DNA from: the human T2T-CHM13v2.0 reference genome, Homo sapiens | DNA: 64,000 nucleotides | Direction: 5' to 3' (one strand) | Assembly: GCF_009914755.1 (NCBI RefSeq) | Contig: NC_060946.1 | Shown here: in pieces, positions 49,943-63,989 of the stretch | Numbering within the stretch: the stretch's first letter is position 1 | Layout: every line of letters starts with the position of its first letter | The notes under the pieces: model-generated | Database searches by the model: none | Told to the model about the DNA's origin: nothing | What the model saw: the letters and a program-made list of their open reading frames with translations, nothing else | Translations under genes and position numbers: made by a program

Positions 49943-52269
49943 CTAAGATCCAGCTTATGTGGATCTTTTCTCTTCTTTTCTTGGTTAATCTCACTAGTGG
50001 TATATATAATTTTATTTATCTTGTCTAAGAATTGGTTTTTGTTTCATTTATCTTTTCTATCATTTTTTTGTTTGAATTTTATTTAGTTCTGGTCTGATAT
50101 TGCTATTTCCTCTCTTCTGCTGGGTTTGGGTTTGCATTGTTCTTGATTCTCCATTTCCATGAGGTGTAACCTTAGATTGTCTATTTGTGCTCTTTCAGAC
50201 TTTGTGATGTACGTATTTAATTCTAAACATTCCTCATAGCACTGCTTTTGCTGTATCCCAGAGGTTTTGATAGGTTTTATCAAGATTTAGTACAACTGCA
50301 ACCTTACTATTGGCCAACGGCTTTTGAATTCCTAAGAGTGTGACCTCATTTAATCCTGACAACAGCTTTATGATTGCTTTTCATTCAGTAGGTCGTGATT
50401 AGAGAGGGAGTGCTTGTGGCCTGGATGGAAGGTTCTCCAGTTTATCAAATAAAAACACCGAAGGTCAGTTAAATTTGAATTCAGTAAAACAATGACAAAG
50501 AATTAGTATGTGTAACTCCCACACAATATTGTTCATTTGAGATACAAACTTACCTTGTAGTTCATCTGCCAACTGCACACAGGGTTCAAAGCCTGGAAGA
50601 GGCAGAGTTAGAGCTGGTCTTCTCTTCCTGATGCCAGGTCTATGAGCTGAACCTCAAAGACAGGGCTTCTCTAACACAGCTACCCTCAAGTAAGCACATC
50701 GGTTAGCACTAAATACACAGTATACGATGCCCAATCAATAATGCCTACTCACTTTTCTAATTCTTCTTTCTATTATTCTTCAAATCTGCAGACTCAAGAC
50801 CTCCCGAAACATTGCGGCAGCCAGGATTTTGAATGAGGGTCCTCATATGTCTTTCCAAACAAGATGCAAGGATGCTCCTTGGTCCCTACACAGAGGGGCT
50901 TAAGCCAGGAGTGCATAAGTAACATGTAAGAGACAGAAGAACTCAACCTGTCTCTCCCTCTGTGCAGTGAAACACCTAATTCCAGGGTTCTTTGATTCTG
51001 AAGGTGGGTGGGCTGAGAGAAAGAGGAGCCCCACCCTGAGAGCTCCGAGTATTCAGGACAAGACTTGGCAGCCTGAATAGGGGCTATACTCTTGAGTGTG
51101 GAAGAAGCAGGCATCTCTGGGGCACAGGCTGCTCTTCTGGTGGCTTCTCCTTCACCAAACTGGGCTCCCTGCTGTGATGTCTATCAGAGAATCTCCTTCA
51201 GTAAGACCAAGATTCCAGGATTTAACTAAAAATAGCAGCACAGACCAGAAAGGTATGTCATGGTACTTGAATTCTGTGCAGAGCAATAAGTACAAATGCA
51301 GCTTAACAGGGGCCTTCACAGTTGTATCTTTGGTGAAGGAGAAAATAGACAATGGCAGGGAGAAACTGAAGGACTCAGTAGGTCTGGAACTGGGGCAGCA
51401 CTGGGTGCTATAAGCTTGTCCTTCAGGGGTCTACAGATGCTGACACCTGGGAAGTCATCCTGCATCATCTGCTCACTGCTCACTGGGCTCAGCAGCTATG
51501 TCCTCACAAATAACCAGATTCAATCAACCTGGCCTTCTCCACCCAACCTGGGGAATGTATTCCAGTGACTGTTTCAACTGAGGTTCTATGAAGGGGTTGG
51601 GGGATAAGAAGAGGGGACTGATTTGCTTGAAGAAACCATTGCACATCCTTTCCTTTCATCTAAAACCTATTAATGGAAACTCTGAGGCCACCCATAGAAG
51701 TCTAGCTGGTCTTCTAAATTTGGGAGTTACGAAGGAGTCATTCCTGATCAATCTACAGGATAAGGGGCCATCAGCAGCTGGTGGTCAGAGTGAGGGAGAA
51801 ACTGGCTTCCTTGAGAGACTCATCAGCACAGCCACCAACTCTGGGGAAAATGGGGCACTTGCTATAACAGTCACCCCAAACTACTCACAGGAGCCTGAGC
51901 CTCGTCCCCTCACCTTATTGTTTCTGATTCTGGTCCATGCCTCTGTTTTCCCTGGACCCCTCGCCCATGTCTGAGTCCAGGGTAGCAGGGGTAGTTCCAT
52001 CCCAGTCAACATCTATACAGAAGTAACAGCTGCTATGGCTTGAAGCCGAGTCTACAGTTCTACCCATGAGGGCCTCTTTTTCTCCCCAATCCCCTCACAC
52101 AGGTGACCAGTGCTGTGGGTCTGGTGGAGTGGCCACTGGCCACTGGTCCCAGGCGAACACAAAGTATTTATTCCTCTCTAACACCAGGCATATATTGGAG
52201 GGGGTTTGGTGGGTGTAGAACAGAGTGGTTCTTCCAGATGCAAAGCAGTAAGACCCTGTCTACAGAAAG

Positions 52270-52838
52270 TCATTTCACAAACCTCCACACCCTTTCATGA
52301 TAAAAACGCTCAGTGAACTATGAATACAAAGAAACTACCCTAACATAGTAAAAGCTATCTATGAAAATCCCACAGTCAACATCATACATAATCTTAAAGA
52401 CCAAAGATATGTTTTTGTAATATCAGGAACATAGCAACAATGTACACTTTCACTGCTTCTATTCAAAACAGTATTGAAAGTCCTAGCCATAGCAATAAGG
52501 CAAGAGAAATAAATAAACAGGATAACAATTAGAAATAAAAAGTAAAACTATCTCTGTTTTCAATGGATTTAATGTCATATGTAGAATACCCTTAAAAGTT
52601 CCACAAAACAGCTTTTGTCAGAATGATTAAATGTATTCTGTAATGTTCAGAATACAAAATCACCATGTAAAAACATCTCATGGCTGGGCATGGTGAATCA
52701 CGCCTATAATCCTGGCACTTTGAGAGGCTGAGGTGGGAGGATTACTTGGGATCAAGAGTTCAAGGACAGCCTGGGCTACAAAGCAAGAGCCTGTCTCAAG
52801 AAGAAAAAAGAAAGAAAGAGAGAAACAAAGAAAGAGAT

Positions 52839-52881
<43 letters not shown>

Positions 52882-53830
52882 AGAAAGAAAATCTCTTATA
52901 TTTCAATACTTAGAAAATCTCTTATATTTCAATATTTAAACAAGGACACAGGAAAAAACCCAAAACAAAATTAATAAAACAAATCAAATTTCAACATCAT
53001 TAGAGAGAGTAAAATATGGCTGGGCACAGTAGCTCATGCCTGCAATCTCAGCATTTTGGGAGGCTGATTTGGACGGATCATCTGAGGTTAGAAGTTCAAG
53101 ACCAGCCTCAACAATATGGTAAAGCCTCGTTCCTACAAGATAAAATAAAATAAAATTGCTAGCTGTGGTGGCACATGCCTGTAATCCCAGCTACTCAGGG
53201 GTCCAAGTCACAAGAATTGCTTCAGCCTAGGAGGGACAGGTTGCAGTGAGCCAAGATCTTGCCACTGTACTCCAGCCTGGGTGACAGTGAGACATTGTCT
53301 CAAAGAAACAAATAAATAAAAATGAAACAGTAAAATACTTAAGAATAAAGTTATTCAAAGAGGTGAAAGACTTGTAGATTGAAAAGTATAAAACATTACT
53401 AAAAGAAATTAAAGAATACACAAATAAATGGAAAGAAATCCTTTGTTCGTATACTGGAAAACTCAGTATTGTTATGCTAGCAAAACAAACCAGGAGGAAT
53501 TGACAGATTCATTTCAATCTCTGAAAACATTCCAGTAATATTTTATGCAAGAATAGAAAAAAATTAAACCTAAAATTTATATAGAGTATGAAGGGAACCT
53601 AAACAGTCAAAGTCATCTTGTAAAAGAAGACCAGTGTTGGAGGTCTCACACTTTCTGATTTCAAAACATACTACAAAGCTACACTAATCAAAACAGAGTG
53701 GTATATATGTAACATACATACTGACAAATAAAATAGAACTGAGTGCCTAGAAAAAAAACTCTTAGTTATACAGTCAAATAATTTTAAACAAGGTTGTCAA
53801 GACTTTTCAGTGGAAACAGTACAGTCTTTC
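52270..53830 (+). mobile_element. Old L1M ORF2 fragments with Alu monomer (52682-52800), (GAAA)n tract (~52800-52890) and old full Alu (53017-53320)
   Basis: Paralog of 24310-25040, plus ttggaggtctcacactttctgatttcaaaacatactacaaagct (L1 ORF2). Confidence 0.8.
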
Positions 53831-54081
53831 ACAAATATAGACGTTCTGGGAAATAATACTGAATGGCTTTTGCTATTGTTGTTTTTGAATGGTCTCAAAT
53901 GTTCTCTCAAAGATGCTACAGAACATAGCTTATTGATTTTGTAAGTTAAAAGGCTGAGTAAGACTGTGAGAGACTCCCTGCTCATCATCATTCTTCTTCC
54001 ACTTCCAGTGACTACTCTTATATTCTGTGCCATAAGCCAACAGCTACTGACCCCAGGATCTTTTAATCCTTCTGTAAAACT
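53830..54081 (+). pseudogene. Remnant of a third ASH2L retrocopy (3'UTR fragment only)
   Basis: Matches 27510-27761: caaagatgctacagaacatagc, gagactccctgctcatcatcattcttcttccacttccagtgact. Confidence 0.8.
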
Positions 54082-54648
54082 GTCATTAAAAAAAAATTGT
54101 CGAAAGTAAATTTTTTAAAAAATTCTCACTTAAACCAGCTGTTTATCCAATATAAGGCTCAACACAAATAGTTACAGAAAGCCAGTAGGTCATTAAAACA
54201 ATTAATTTAGTCATTCAAATAAAAATGAACACCATGTAACACTAATATCAAATTATAGTCACAGGGGCAGAATTTCAGCAACAGCAAGAGAAAGTAGCAC
54301 AAATAGGAATGAGCAAAGAATAGACAATTAATGAGTGTGAATTGGCCTGGAAAATATTGTGGCAATGTCCAAAGATAAATCCACAGTTATTTGTGAAACA
54401 AGTGAAAGACCACGCATTCTCAGTCCAGGAAAGCCACCAGGGGGTGGTCTGGGTCTCTTGGACTGTAAGAAGCTCAAGAGGTCCAAACTTCATGAACCCT
54501 GCACAGGTGCTCATTGACTCATGTAAATGTTAGAGCAGCTGCTTCCTCCCACAGGACAAATCCACAGCACACAGCCTCCCTGGGCTGGCCCCTCACAGTG
54601 TAGCTGCTCTCAGGCCTGTGGACCCAGGTGGTGATAAAGGCAGTAAAG

Positions 54649-54656
54649 ATTTGCAT
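54649..54656 (+). promoter_or_regulatory. Ig octamer, IGLV7-43 promoter
   Basis: ATTTGCAT. Confidence 0.9.
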
Positions 54657-54766
54657 AAAGCAGCACACAGCACACCCCCTCCATGGAGAGAGCTCAATAG
54701 GAGATAAAGAGCCATCAGAATCCAGCCCCAGCTCTGGCGCCAGGGGTCCCTTCCAATATCAGCACC

Positions 54767-55243
<477 letters not shown>

Positions 55244-56743
55244 TCCCTCGGCCCTTGTGATGTGGAGATTGTGTGATCATACACACCAGCTCTCAAGACA
55301 GCCTACATGTGGACCAGCCATAGAAAGGGGAAGGAAAGGGTCTGAATTGATTTCTATCCCTCCTTGTGCCCTGAAGTGGAGGAAATGTGAGAGTGATTTG
55401 CAGTAATTGAATGAGACAAAGCAAAAGTTATTTGTTTTATATGAAAAAAAAACAGAAACAGCAGGATCAGATCTAAAGGCTGAGTCTAAATGCATTTCCT
55501 CCAGACAGAAGCTTCTTCAAACGATGGGCTTTCTGAGCTAAGAGCAAAGAAAATAAACTCTCCACGGGTATATTATTAAAGTTTATTTTATTGAGTTACT
55601 TTCAAAGCAATCCATGACTATTATATAAAGTCAGAAAGTATTAAAAATCACCAAGTTCTCTGCTAAGCTACCTTATCCCATGCAATCAAAATAAGTACTT
55701 TTCTTCATTTGGATGCATTTTTTATTTCTGTTTTTAATATTTCCACAATGGTGATTAAACCTGGTGCTCATTCCTCTGGTTTGATCCACCTTTATGCTCT
55801 TGTCATTTAAAGTTAATGTAAGTAGTGTTCCATTTATTTAAAAGGATAAAATATTTTAATAGTTGATCATTGCATTTTGAACTGAGTACCAGTGAAGTAT
55901 TCTAGCTTTTAGGTAATTTCAATTGTTTGCTAGTCAATGATGTTATACGTTGTTGTCATTAAACCATTCCTGGTCATTTCTGTGGATTTTGTGAGGTCAG
56001 AGAAAATGTCTGTGCTTTTCAATGGAAAGCCTTGGGTACATTATTCCTGACTTCCCAATGCACAAAATAGAGAAACACAAATTTCCTGCTCATGTTAGTT
56101 AGAGCATAAGAGATTCAGGTACGAGGAACAATTTATACCCCAAACTACATACAGTGTCTTCAGGCATGTATTAGAAGTGTACTTCTCAAACTCTCTGATA
56201 CCCTTAGTTCTGAAGAAGCTCAAAGTTGGCTAATACTTTTATATTTATCTTTTTATTTTTTTTACCTCAGCCAGCACTTTCTCCTGATTCCTGGGGTTTT
56301 CTGCATTTCCAGTGAATCCAGTGAATCACACAAATAGGCTAACTGATTCTTCCCAAACTCCAGCACTCTCCCTTATGTGCTGATCTAGTGAGGAATCACA
56401 TGGGAAGAGAGACCCATGGATTTCTGGCGGCCTGGGAAGTGAGTTCATGGCTGGCCTCAGCTTGCAAACCAGACACTTGTCTCCTTGTTTCCCTTTACTG
56501 TTCATTGGGTTCAGCAGCTGTGTCCTTCCAGGTTTCCTGGACAGTGATGGACCACACTCTCCCAACTCCCAACCACCCGCTCCTCAAAAAGAATAACCAG
56601 ACTCAGCAACTTATGTGAGGGGCACAGCCAGGGGTCAGGATAGATTGGCATTAAGTCCCCTCAATTAAGAGAGGCCAGGGAAGGGGGGCTGTTCCCCCTA
56701 ATCCGTGTGGCTCAGGAAGCAGAGCTCTAGAGACATCTCTACC

Positions 56744-57238
56744 ATGGCCTGCACCCCCTCCTCCTCACCCTCCTCAGTCGCGGCACAGGTGGCTGGAGAC
56801 AGGGAGTCAGGGACTGGCACTGGCAGGACCAGGGCTCTGCTTTGCTCCCCTGGCTCACTGAGCTGCCTCCCTCACCCTGTGTCTCTCTCCCGACTCTCAG
56901 GGTCCCGGGCAATCATGGCTCATCAGGTAACCTGCACCGTCTGTCTGTGGCTAAACCAGCCACCATCTCCTGAACTGGAAGCAGCAGCAATAAGGTTCTT
57001 GGAATTGTGACCTGGTGCCAACAATGACCAGGAAGTGCCTCCAAGCTTCTGACTCATAGAAGTAAATATCTGCCCGCAGGGATTCAGGACAGACGCTCAG
57101 GCTACCAGTCTTGCATGAAGCCCTTCCTAAGCATCTCTGGGCTTTAGGCTGAGGACAAGGCTGATCACTCCTGTTGGCTTCAGACAGCCCCCTGGAGGTC
57201 CAAACAGTGCTGCAGTCTGGGAAAGTGAGATGAGAACA
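56744..57238 (+). pseudogene. IGLVI-42: Clan-I V-lambda pseudogene (45-nt frameshifted leader 56744-56788; V exon from 56901)
   Basis: Mutated octamer ATTGGCAT at 56644; first Cys codon is TGA (atctcctgaactgga); stops; heptamer AACAGTG at 57203; position right after IGLV7-43. Confidence 0.85.
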
Positions 57239-58212
57239 CGCCAGGTCTCCTAGGAGCATGACCTTCCAATGGCACCACCCACAACCAGGACAGCTGGTCT
57301 GTTTACCATTTGTGTGGATGTTTCTTGATGCTGCCGCTAACCAGGGCCCAAGACTTAGTTCGGGGACAGTGATCTAGAGAATACAGCTTTGTTCTCTCAC
57401 AGCCAGCCCTCAGAGGAAGCCCTTAGCAACAGCATTGTCAGACTGCCTCAAAAAAATCAGAGTCTTTGATTCCAGGAACAGGCTGCCCTGGGGACAGACT
57501 CAAGATGAGTCAGGGTAAGCAGGGACAGAATCCAGCTGGGTCTGCCTCAGGCATGTGCACTAACGCAAAGGTCTGTTCATCCTTATTGTCTACTAAACAC
57601 CTATTATGTGCCAGTCTCAGGAGAGTGCTCAGGATACAGAGTTTACAAGACAGACAGGGTTCCTGTCTTTACAGGGATAATGCCTCACAGAAGAGTGAGC
57701 ACCAACAAATCAATGAGAATAAGGCATATTGTGAGCTATAAAATGGTTGACATGGGCCAGAAGACAGTGAGCAACAAGAAGCTATTAGGAGGTTGTAAGC
57801 AAGGAGATACAGACTCTGGTTTGAGATTCAGGAGGCAAAGTCCAGCTTCTCTAAGGAAGATGAAAAAGGAGGGGACAGAGTGAAGAAAGATGGTCCAGTT
57901 AGGACATGGTGGCTTTGTACACATGAGAGATGAGGTTTCTGGCAAGTAATGTGGCAGCTGAGCTGGGAAGACTGTGTGTGACTCACACCATGGAGAGAAG
58001 GACTAGAGGAAGGAGGCCAATGGTTGAGGCCCTGAGCGTGTCCTTGTGATGGAAACCTGACAACAGCCTGCAACTGTGATCGAGTGTGTCACTCTCCTCT
58101 TCTCTCTGGAAAGCTCACAGGACTCAGGACTCATTGCTGCCCTTCCCTCCTATCAATAAGATTAATGCGAACCATCACTTTACACACCTGAAAAGAGACC
58201 TGGTTACTTTCT

Positions 58213-58450
58213 TTTATTTATTTATATATATATATATGCGGATATATATATATATATGCGGATATATATATTTTATATTGATATTGATATATATTTGCAT
58301 ATATTTATATATCTTATATATAATATATATATGCTGTTTTTATTTATATTATTCTGAATTTTTTTTATTATACTTTAAGTTCTAGGGTACATGTGCACCA
58401 CATGCAGGTTGGTTACATATGTATACATGCGCCATGCTGGGTGTGCTGCA
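58213..58450 (-). mobile_element. Very short L1PA 3' end with a decayed (TA)-rich tail
   Basis: ttattatactttaagttctagggtacatgtgca...gtatacatgcgccatgctgg is the reverse complement of the L1PA 3' terminus; 13-bp TSD CTGGTTACTTTCT at 58200 and 58492. Confidence 0.88.
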
Positions 58451-58495
58451 TTTAGCTCAGCGGTTACTTCACATGTGATCAAACCACCTCTCTGG
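58451..58495 (+). pseudogene. Vault RNA (VTRNA1-3-like) fragment retrocopy fused to L1
   Basis: TTTAGCTCAGCGGTTACTTCACATGTGATCAAACCACCTCTCTGG versus recalled VTRNA1-3 TTTAGCTCAGCGGTTACTTCGCGTGTCATCAAACCACCTCTCTGG: 3 mismatches, 2 of them CpG decay. Confidence 0.8.
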
Positions 58496-61400
58496 TTACT
58501 TTCTATTGAGCAAAAGCCCCAAGGGTCGGGACAGAGCACTGCAGAGCACATGGGATGATGCCCTACACACTCAAGGGGCTGCTGTTACTGCTGTTAAAGC
58601 TCACGATCAAACCTCCCAGAGCTCTGTCAGAAACCATGAGACGGGAGGTGTCAGTGCTGAAGTAGCTGATTTGGGAGCACACTGATTTGTGGTACGTGCA
58701 GGTGCAGGAGACTGAGGACTGAGGCCCGGCACAGGCAAATGGCTCCCAAGGTGTCATTATGGGGCAGGGCGCTTGTAGCCTCCTCAGTGATAGGTGGGGG
58801 TAAAGGTCAATTAAAAAGCTGGAGAGCAGTGGAAAGGCAGGATTCTGAGTCTGGGCAAGGAAAGGAGGTCCAGCCCCCGCCCAGGCATCCTTATTCACCC
58901 TTCTCTTTACCTTCCTTCCTCCCTGCCACCTTCCCAGGGAAGGCTTCCAGGGCTGTGGTGTCTCTGCTGCTCTTCCTCTGTCACAAAGAGAGCAGTAGGG
59001 AGGTTATCTGATGGCAAAGCTATCTCCTCACACTCAGTTGTCTAGTTACCCTGAGGAATTCCTCTGGAAGATGGGAATGTTCTGTTTTACCTCTGGCCTA
59101 CAGTGAGATCTCAGCCATTAATGAAGCCAAGAAGAATGACCACATTCTGTTTACACAGGATTATTTATAACACACATAGTCAAATAACACCATCAAGTTC
59201 TAAGCACGTCAATCCATTCTTCAGAATTATAGAAATGCATGTCTCTCAGCTGTCAGCAATGGGCTTCAAATCCCCAGGGTGACTAATGGGTCAGGGTGGG
59301 ATCAGCCACATGAAGAGGTTTCTTTACAGTTAGTGACTCTGTTCACTGTGTTTCCCCTGCTGAGATCCAACCTCCATGAGATTCTTCACTGTAGTTGTTG
59401 CTGTTTTCTATCTTGTCATTGCTGTACCTACAGAGACGAAAACACTGCCTGGCACTAAGGACAGGCTCAATACATGTTTGTTAAATATGTGAGTTCACCT
59501 ACATTGGAATTCCAAAAAGAGATACAGATCTGAGGTCAAGATAATACTTTTTAAAAAAATTCTGGATATTTTGTGTTTGAGATTCCAAGTTCATTCAATA
59601 GAAGATATTAAGCAAGAACTTTTGCCTTTGGATTTGGTTAGCAGGAGAAGGATATGGATATAAAAATACATATATATCACACACACCGCCCCATGGCCCA
59701 GAGACTTTAGAACCCAACTGATCTCTGCAGCTGCCAATCACGGCCTCTGTTCATTCACTTATGGTCTGATTCCCATGGATCCATATATGCTGGATCCCAT
59801 GGGTTCATGTGGAGAAAGTGGAGAGGATGTGATGGGCTTTCCCAGTCCTGCTTAAAGAAACCACAGGAAGCAAGTAGATCATAAAGCAAATTCTGGGGAC
59901 AGAATTCCCTCGAGAGCAAATAAACTGCAGAATATGGGTGAACTGGGAAAATTTCTGGTAATATTTATACAACTAAGAAACTTTACATTAGATACCCTTC
60001 AACACAATATTCATTACAGAGCTTTAAATCAGCCATATGATCAATGCAATTCAAACATTAAACTCATCCACCCGAAGTCCCATAATAGGCTTTGTTGAGG
60101 AAATTCTTGAAGGAAGAATGATGGGTTTGTGAGCTCTGTGTCCACAGAAGAGATATTTCTGCACTAGGAGGACTTGGTAAAGCTGATAAATAATTAGGAA
60201 TGTAGGTGCCCATCTGGACTATATTCTAATCCAACATGCAATGCTGTGAGTCCTGTATCTGCAAATCTTAGCATTCATTGTACTTCCTTCAATTTCCCAA
60301 TTATTACAATAAATTAACTTTAGACATGGATGATCAAAAAAAATCAATTAATGTGAGAATCCTTGAAATCTGTTGCTTTAATGCGCAAAAATTAGGGAAT
60401 ACTTCACATGTATATATTGGTTAATTTATATACCAATGATATGCTACCTCTTCATTGGTCTACTGTAAAAATCACCTAGCCAGGGGCTAAGTTGATGGGT
60501 AAAAGGTGTTGAAAAGTTAAACAACATGAACCACATTGATGATGGTCAAAGTTGGCTGAGGGATACAAACAATTCATTAGAAAATTATCAGTCTGTTTGT
60601 GTGACTCAAAAGTTTCCATGATAACCAGTGTTAAAGTATCCTTGTTTATGATGAGATGATTGTGTTCTGCTTTTAACAGGTGTACAATGTGGACAAAATG
60701 CAAGCTTACACTTTGATTTCAAGTAGAAGACCATCTTCTCCCAACAGGCAGAGGAGAAGCTGGGGTGGAGGTCATGGAAAAGACAGGAGCTCAGGGTTTC
60801 CCAGGACAGACAGGCGAGTGAGTCTGGAGCCCTCAAATGAAGAGGAGGGGCTGTGAGTTGGGCTGTGGGGGTGTGCAGGGGCCACAGTGTGAAGGGCATG
60901 CTGCGGAGGCCTCAGGGCTCAGGTTTTATAAAAATGAGGAGTTACTGAAGGGGTTTAAGCCAGGGAGTGCCTTCCCTGCCTCATCTGAATGAGAGAGATC
61001 TCTCCGAATGCCCTGAGGAGAGTGCCTGAGGGAAGTGAGTGATCCTGATTCTAGATTATTCGCTAAAGCACCTCGTGAGTCTAGAAATTCAGGGGCCATT
61101 TGCACAGTTAGTACAAGAGTAGACGTGGTACTTTGAGGAGGGATGGTCTCTGCCTTTGTCTCCTGAGACATCCAACTCACTTGCAAGAGAACTTTGAGGG
61201 CAAAATACATACTGATCTTTCTAATAAACTGAAAACATCCAGTCAGAAAATACATGTGGCAACATCACATTACAAAGAAATAGTATAACATCTAGGACAA
61301 ATTCTTGACCAAAAAATATGACAGAACTGTGCAGACAATGACAAGTTTTACTTAGGGAGATAATGGCTAACTTCATAAAATAGAGAAATACATAATTGTT

Positions 61401-62207
61401 CACTGATAAAGGTAAGTCTACCAAATCTATTAGTTTTCCTGTATTACTAAATTGAGTCAAATCCCTATAAAACATATGAAACCATTGCATATATAACTTT
61501 TGCTAAATTGCTGCCTTTAACATGTCAAGAATTTTTTTATTTTTCCTGGAAAAGTCTCATTATTCACCGTCCTTTTGGACAGCCCCCAGCTGCCCTTCAA
61601 CCCAGCTCCTTAGCTGATCACTTTTCCATAATGCCCACCCTAATGGCACATGTGGGCAATTAGATTTTTCTAGAATGCCCTGCGGTGATGCTGACACCTG
61701 TAAAAGTTATATATGTACATGTCTGCACATCCCACAGACCAGGACTACTACTGGGAGTGAGAAATCACACTAGTAATTCATAGCATAATAGAAGTGTCTA
61801 GGAATCAGATCAAGGATATGTGAATCCAGAGACTGACTGGTGAATGGTAGAGACCAGCTGGGTTTTGAAGTCTCTGAGCCATGGGAAAGTGTGTGTCCGG
61901 GGACCAGCGTCGGATGTTGTGGGGCTGCCCTGTGGGTGCTACACAGCTGTTCAGTAAGGAACATTCACTCAAAGAAATCCAGGCCTTGGGTCTGGGCCCT
62001 GTGCTCACTGATGGACACTCAGCAGCTGTGTCCCCTCTGGCCTGGCAGAGTTCTCTGAGCAGGGACCTGTGTATCGTCTCAACAGGTGCTTCCTCCCAGG
62101 ACCTTGCAAGAAAAAAAACAAACCTTCCTCCTGCTTAGTCTGCAGAGTGAGGTGAGCTGCATGCCCAGGTCTCAAGGAGGGGCTGGGCAGTCCCTGGGTG
62201 GAAACAC

Positions 62208-62215
62208 ATTTGCAT
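62208..62215 (+). promoter_or_regulatory. Ig octamer, IGLV5-39 promoter
   Basis: ATTTGCAT. Confidence 0.9.
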
Positions 62216-62301
62216 GAGCAGCCCCTCCTCTGCAGAGGGTGGGAAGAAAAGGAGGCCTGGGGCAGCCCAGTCCCACTGTGGGGTAAGAGGCTGTGTCCAC
62301 C

Positions 62302-62793
62302 ATGGCCTGGACTCCTCTCCTCCTCCTGCTCCTCTCTCACTGCACAGGTAGGAAAAGGCCTAACAGACCAGGGCCAGCACCTCAGCCTGATTCTGACTCT
62401 TCTGGCAAAGATCCCTAAAAAACTTTACCCTCCATTCTGCCTTATCACTCATAAATGCCTGTGTTTCTAGGTTCCCTCTCGCAGCCTGTGCTGACTCAGC
62501 CAACCTCCCTCTCAGCATCTCCTGGAGCATCAGCCAGATTCACCTGCACCTTGCGCAGTGGCATCAATGTTGGTACCTACAGGATATACTGGTACCAGCA
62601 GAAGCCAGGGAGTCTTCCCCGGTATCTCCTGAGGTACAAATCAGACTCAGATAAGCAGCAGGGCTCTGGAGTCCCCAGCCGCTTCTCTGGATCCAAAGAT
62701 GCTTCAACCAATGCAGGCCTTTTACTCATCTCTGGGCTCCAGTCTGAAGATGAGGCTGACTATTACTGTGCCATTTGGTACAGCAGCACTTCT
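62302..62793 (+). CDS. IGLV5-39: Ig lambda V gene segment (leader 62302-62347, V exon 62471-62793)
   Basis: QPVLTQPTSLSASPGASARFTCTLRSGINVGTYRIYWYQQKPGSLPRYLLRYKSDSDKQQG...STNAGLLLISG...YYCAIWYSSTS. Confidence 0.92.
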
Positions 62794-62832
62794 CACAGTG
62801 ACACACACACATGGGGAAGTGGGACAAAAACC
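62794..62832 (+). other. 23-RSS of IGLV5-39
   Basis: CACAGTG-23nt-ACAAAAACC. Confidence 0.95.
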
Positions 62833-63706
62833 TCACCCTGCTCTCACTCTTGTTCTGTGACAATTTTCAAATTGTAAACTTAACTTGCCTATTTACAAAG
62901 TATATTTGGAAGTACTTTCTTGTGGTAACAGGCTTTTCTCTCCATTTCCCTTTCACTGCTTTTGAAGTCTGAGTAAAACAAAAACAAAACAAAACCACCT
63001 GATGACGCTAAACTGTTGGATGGTTGTCCGTATGTGCTAAAAACCAGTGCCTGTGGAGCTGGGCCTTTTTCTCTTGAGAGAAGCAAAATGTGCCTTTTCT
63101 AGCTCACATTGTAGTCAGAGCCTGAGAATATCCTAGCAGGTAAATAGTCCAGAGACCCGCTCTTCCATTTCCAGTAGTCTGTGCTCAGGGCTGTCCACGG
63201 CTCACTGTGTCCCAGGATCAAAGCACTAAAATGTAAAATGCTTCATGCGGATACAGTTCAGGGAGGAACTCCAGACATAAACCTGGCCTGGCCCAGTCCC
63301 AGGTACCTGCATTTCAGTTTCAATGTCAGGAGAGCTGATGAGGTGTGGGGGTAACTGGATCTGAGGCCAGGAAATCACTCTGTAGGACATGGGAGAATAA
63401 ACGAGTAGGGGGTGGGGGTCTCCATCATGGCTTAGACAAAGCTGAGGCTGCTCCTGGGCCACTGGTAGAAGTAGGTTCCATGGATGAGACTTTCCTCCAG
63501 CTCATCCCACTCAGAATCACGGGAACTTCCGAGGGTGGTTTTCCTGAACTCTTGGGGTCTGACTGTATTATTTTCTCTTCTCTTACACCATTAGCTTTTC
63601 ACTGAGTCAGAGTCTAGTCAGTGCAATATCTGGGTATAGAAACTGCCCAATATTTGCTTCAAGTGACTCCTCCCCATGAAACTCTTGAGGAGGCCTACAA
63701 CTTGAT

Positions 63707-63989
63707 GTCACCTTTTCCTGCATGGGGAGCAGCAGAAGCATTGGGCAGTCCCATGGAAATGGCTACTGAGGGCTCCCAGGGAGAACCCCTCTATTTGTGA
63801 CCCAGGACAACAGTGATGGACCTTCAGGGATCCCAGCCTGATTCTCCTGCTCTGGCTTTGTCCACGTTGCCTCCATGACCAGCTCTGGGTTCTAGGCCGA
63901 GGACACGGCTGATTATAAGTGTCATCCAGCTGCATCCAGACTCCATATCACCAGAAGCTCCTGGTCCATGGAGAAGTGAGAGAAAGATT
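63707..63989 (+). pseudogene. Highly degenerate V-lambda relic (copy 3)
   Basis: VTFSCMGSSRSIG, ccttcagggatcccagcc (PSGIPA), gaggacacggctgattataagtgt (EDTADYKC); 23-nt spacer ctcctggtccatggagaagtgag. Confidence 0.75.

Noticed and set aside
58293-58300. Perfect octamer ATTTGCAT
   Set aside because: Lies in the AT-rich decayed L1 tail with no leader downstream; a chance match.
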